DNA from: a virus
Lineage: Duplodnaviria; Caudoviricetes
IMG/VR virus record: IMGVR_UViG_3300011339_000429
Location: 1-38,494 of that record
DNA: 38,494 bases
Strand: one strand, 5' to 3'
Shown here: positions 37,235-38,494 of the stretch, one piece after another
Numbering within the stretch: the stretch's first letter is position 1
Layout of the letters: every line of letters starts with the position of its first letter
Notes under the pieces: generated by a model
Told to the model about the DNA's origin: nothing
The model's database searches: none
What the model saw: the letters and a program-made list of their open reading frames with translations, nothing else
Position numbers and translations under genes: made by a program

Positions 37235-37820
37235 TAAATTGAAATTAATCGAATACGGCTTAGGCGAGGAAGAGGATAACATGGGGGTATACGCTGTGAG
37301 CCTTGTTAGTGAGCCTGCTATAATGGTAGACTTTGTAGCGCTAAGCAAACAGAATCTAATGTTAGCACGCGTAGAAGATGGAGAGAAGCGCATGCTATAC
37401 GGCCCTGCACTGATCCCTAACCAACCTATAGTTAGATATGATGGTAACGGTGAAAAATATTACATCACTTATTCTAAAGAGACTATAGAGCAGACAGCGC
37501 AAGAATTCCTAAAGCGTAACATGCACCATAACCATACTATTCAGCATGAGATGCCTGTAAACAACTTAACTGTTGTTGAATCATGGATTAAGATGGGTAA
37601 TGATAAAGGAGATAACTACGGCTTTGAGTTACCGGATGGCACCTGGATGATAGGAGTAAAAGTAGATGATGATGCTACTTGGCAGGCTGTTAAGAATGGT
37701 GAGGTTAAAGGCTTTTCAATAGAAGGATGGTTTACACCAATGGCCGAGAGCAATGTATCTGAGAAAGACCTAGAGAAGCTATTAGCTGAATTGGCTAAAG
37801 CGCTTGAAATGAATTTGTAA
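37227..37820 (+). CDS. XkdF-like prohead protease (copy B)
   Basis: Near-identical to copy A. Confidence 0.85.
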   Translation: MNDKLKLIEYGLGEEEDNMGVYAVSLVSEPAIMVDFVALSKQNLMLARVEDGEKRMLYGPALIPNQPIVRYDGNGEKYYITYSKETIEQTAQEFLKRNMHHNHTIQHEMPVNNLTVVESWIKMGNDKGDNYGFELPDGTWMIGVKVDDDATWQAVKNGEVKGFSIEGWFTPMAESNVSEKDLEKLLAELAKALEMNL

Positions 37821-37845
37821 TTTTTTCCACTAATAATTATAACAC

Positions 37846-38424
37846 ATGAACATGATTCAAGAAATTTTAAACAAGTTCGCTCCGCAGCTTTCAAAGCATG
37901 GAGTAAAGCTATCTGTTGAAGAAACTCCTGCTGCTGAATCTACTAAGGTAGAGATGATGGCAGAAGGTGCTTTAATGGATGGTACTATGATCTATTCACC
38001 AGCTGCTGAATTGGCAGAGGGAGTAGAGATATTCGTAATGGATGCAGATGGCAATCCAACACCTTTAGCAGATGGCGAATACACTATGGATAACGGTAAG
38101 AAAATCGTTGTAGCAAGTGGCTTAATCGCGTCTATTGCTGATGCTGAAGAGCCTTCTACAGAAGTAGAGGTAACAGTAGAGCAAGAAGTAGCTGAGACTT
38201 ACTCTAAAGAGCAAGTAGAGGGATTGTTAAATAACATTATCTCTGAGTTCGAAGCTAAGTTAAGCGCTGCTGAGAAGCAAATTACTGAGCTTTCTAAAGC
38301 ACCTGCTGCTACAACTGTTAAGCAATCTCGCCAAGCAGCACCTGTAGCACCTTTAAACATCAAAGCAATGAGTAACATCGAAGATAGAACTCGTGCAATC
38401 GTAGCTAAATACAAAAACAAATAA
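37846..38424 (+). CDS. Scaffolding protein (copy B)
   Basis: 177 of 192 aa identical to copy A by hand count. Confidence 0.7.
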   Translation: MNMIQEILNKFAPQLSKHGVKLSVEETPAAESTKVEMMAEGALMDGTMIYSPAAELAEGVEIFVMDADGNPTPLADGEYTMDNGKKIVVASGLIASIADAEEPSTEVEVTVEQEVAETYSKEQVEGLLNNIISEFEAKLSAAEKQITELSKAPAATTVKQSRQAAPVAPLNIKAMSNIEDRTRAIVAKYKNK

Positions 38425-38439
38425 TAAAACAAAAACAAA

Positions 38440-38494
38440 ATGGCTGATAACTTGACCATCACCTCATCTTACGCTGGCGAATTAGCGCTACCGT
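38440..38494 (+). CDS. Major capsid protein 5' end (truncated by the window end)
   Basis: Identical to 8898..8952. Confidence 0.85.
   Translation, partial: MADNLTITSSYAGELALP

Larger units (their letters stand above)
8953..38494 (+). mobile_element. Putative complete circular unit genome (29,542 bp) of a Bacteroidota-infecting siphovirus-like phage
   Basis: Contains one copy of each virion, packaging and lysis gene. The window end rejoins 8826..8952 by a 127-bp exact match. Confidence 0.8.
29927..38494 (+). repeat. Diverged copy B of the morphogenesis block; the last 127 bp (38368..38494) are identical to 8826..8952
   Basis: Base-by-base comparison; the last mismatch (GCC vs GCA) is immediately before the ATG at 8826/38368. 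Confidence 0.95.

Noticed and set aside
668-38462. All minus-strand ORFs in the track (e.g. 668..865, 8657..8920, 20551..20895, 37616..37894)
   Set aside because: Short antisense shadows of well-supported plus-strand genes, with no motifs. Their recurrence in both copies follows from plus-strand conservation.
38368-38494. 127-bp exact repeat as a biological terminal repeat or att core
   Set aside because: Its partner is internal (8826..8952), it spans coding sequence, and its length equals a common assembly k-mer. No integrase is present.
1-38494. Alternative genetic code (stop reassignment)
   Set aside because: The standard code gives dense, full-length genes. TAA, TGA and TAG all end genes at sensible positions, and only one internal TAA case was found.

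Overview
AT-rich tailed dsDNA phage (siphovirus-like). All credible genes are on the + strand. The host is probably Bacteroidota/Flavobacteriia: there are TAnnTTTG promoters, A-rich start regions without Shine-Dalgarno sites, and gene families typical of Bacteroidota phages. Bases 8953..38494 (29,542 bp) look like one complete circular unit genome: capsid, tail tube, portal, lysis cassette, early/replication genes, terminase, a phage sigma factor, tail chaperone, tail terminator-fibre fusion, tail tip, tape measure, protease and scaffold. Bases 397..8952 are a second, diverged copy of the tail-tip/tape-measure/protease/scaffold block. The last 127 bases are exactly identical to 8826..8952, which points to a two-strain assembly lasso rather than a true duplication. 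I found no integrase, DNA polymerase, helicase, tRNA or CRISPR. The most interesting signals are regulatory and recoding: (i) two promoter-terminator-bounded small RNA candidates complementary to start regions of the phage's own early/replication genes, (ii) an A10/A_AAA_AAG slippery site splitting the portal from a fused MuF-like domain, (iii) a -1 frameshift tail chaperone, (iv) an SSB whose acidic EDEMPF tail lies behind an in-frame TAA, (v) a TTCCACTA candidate late-promoter motif for the phage sigma factor, and (vi) a palindrome cluster after terL. All family assignments come from motif recognition by eye, not database searches.
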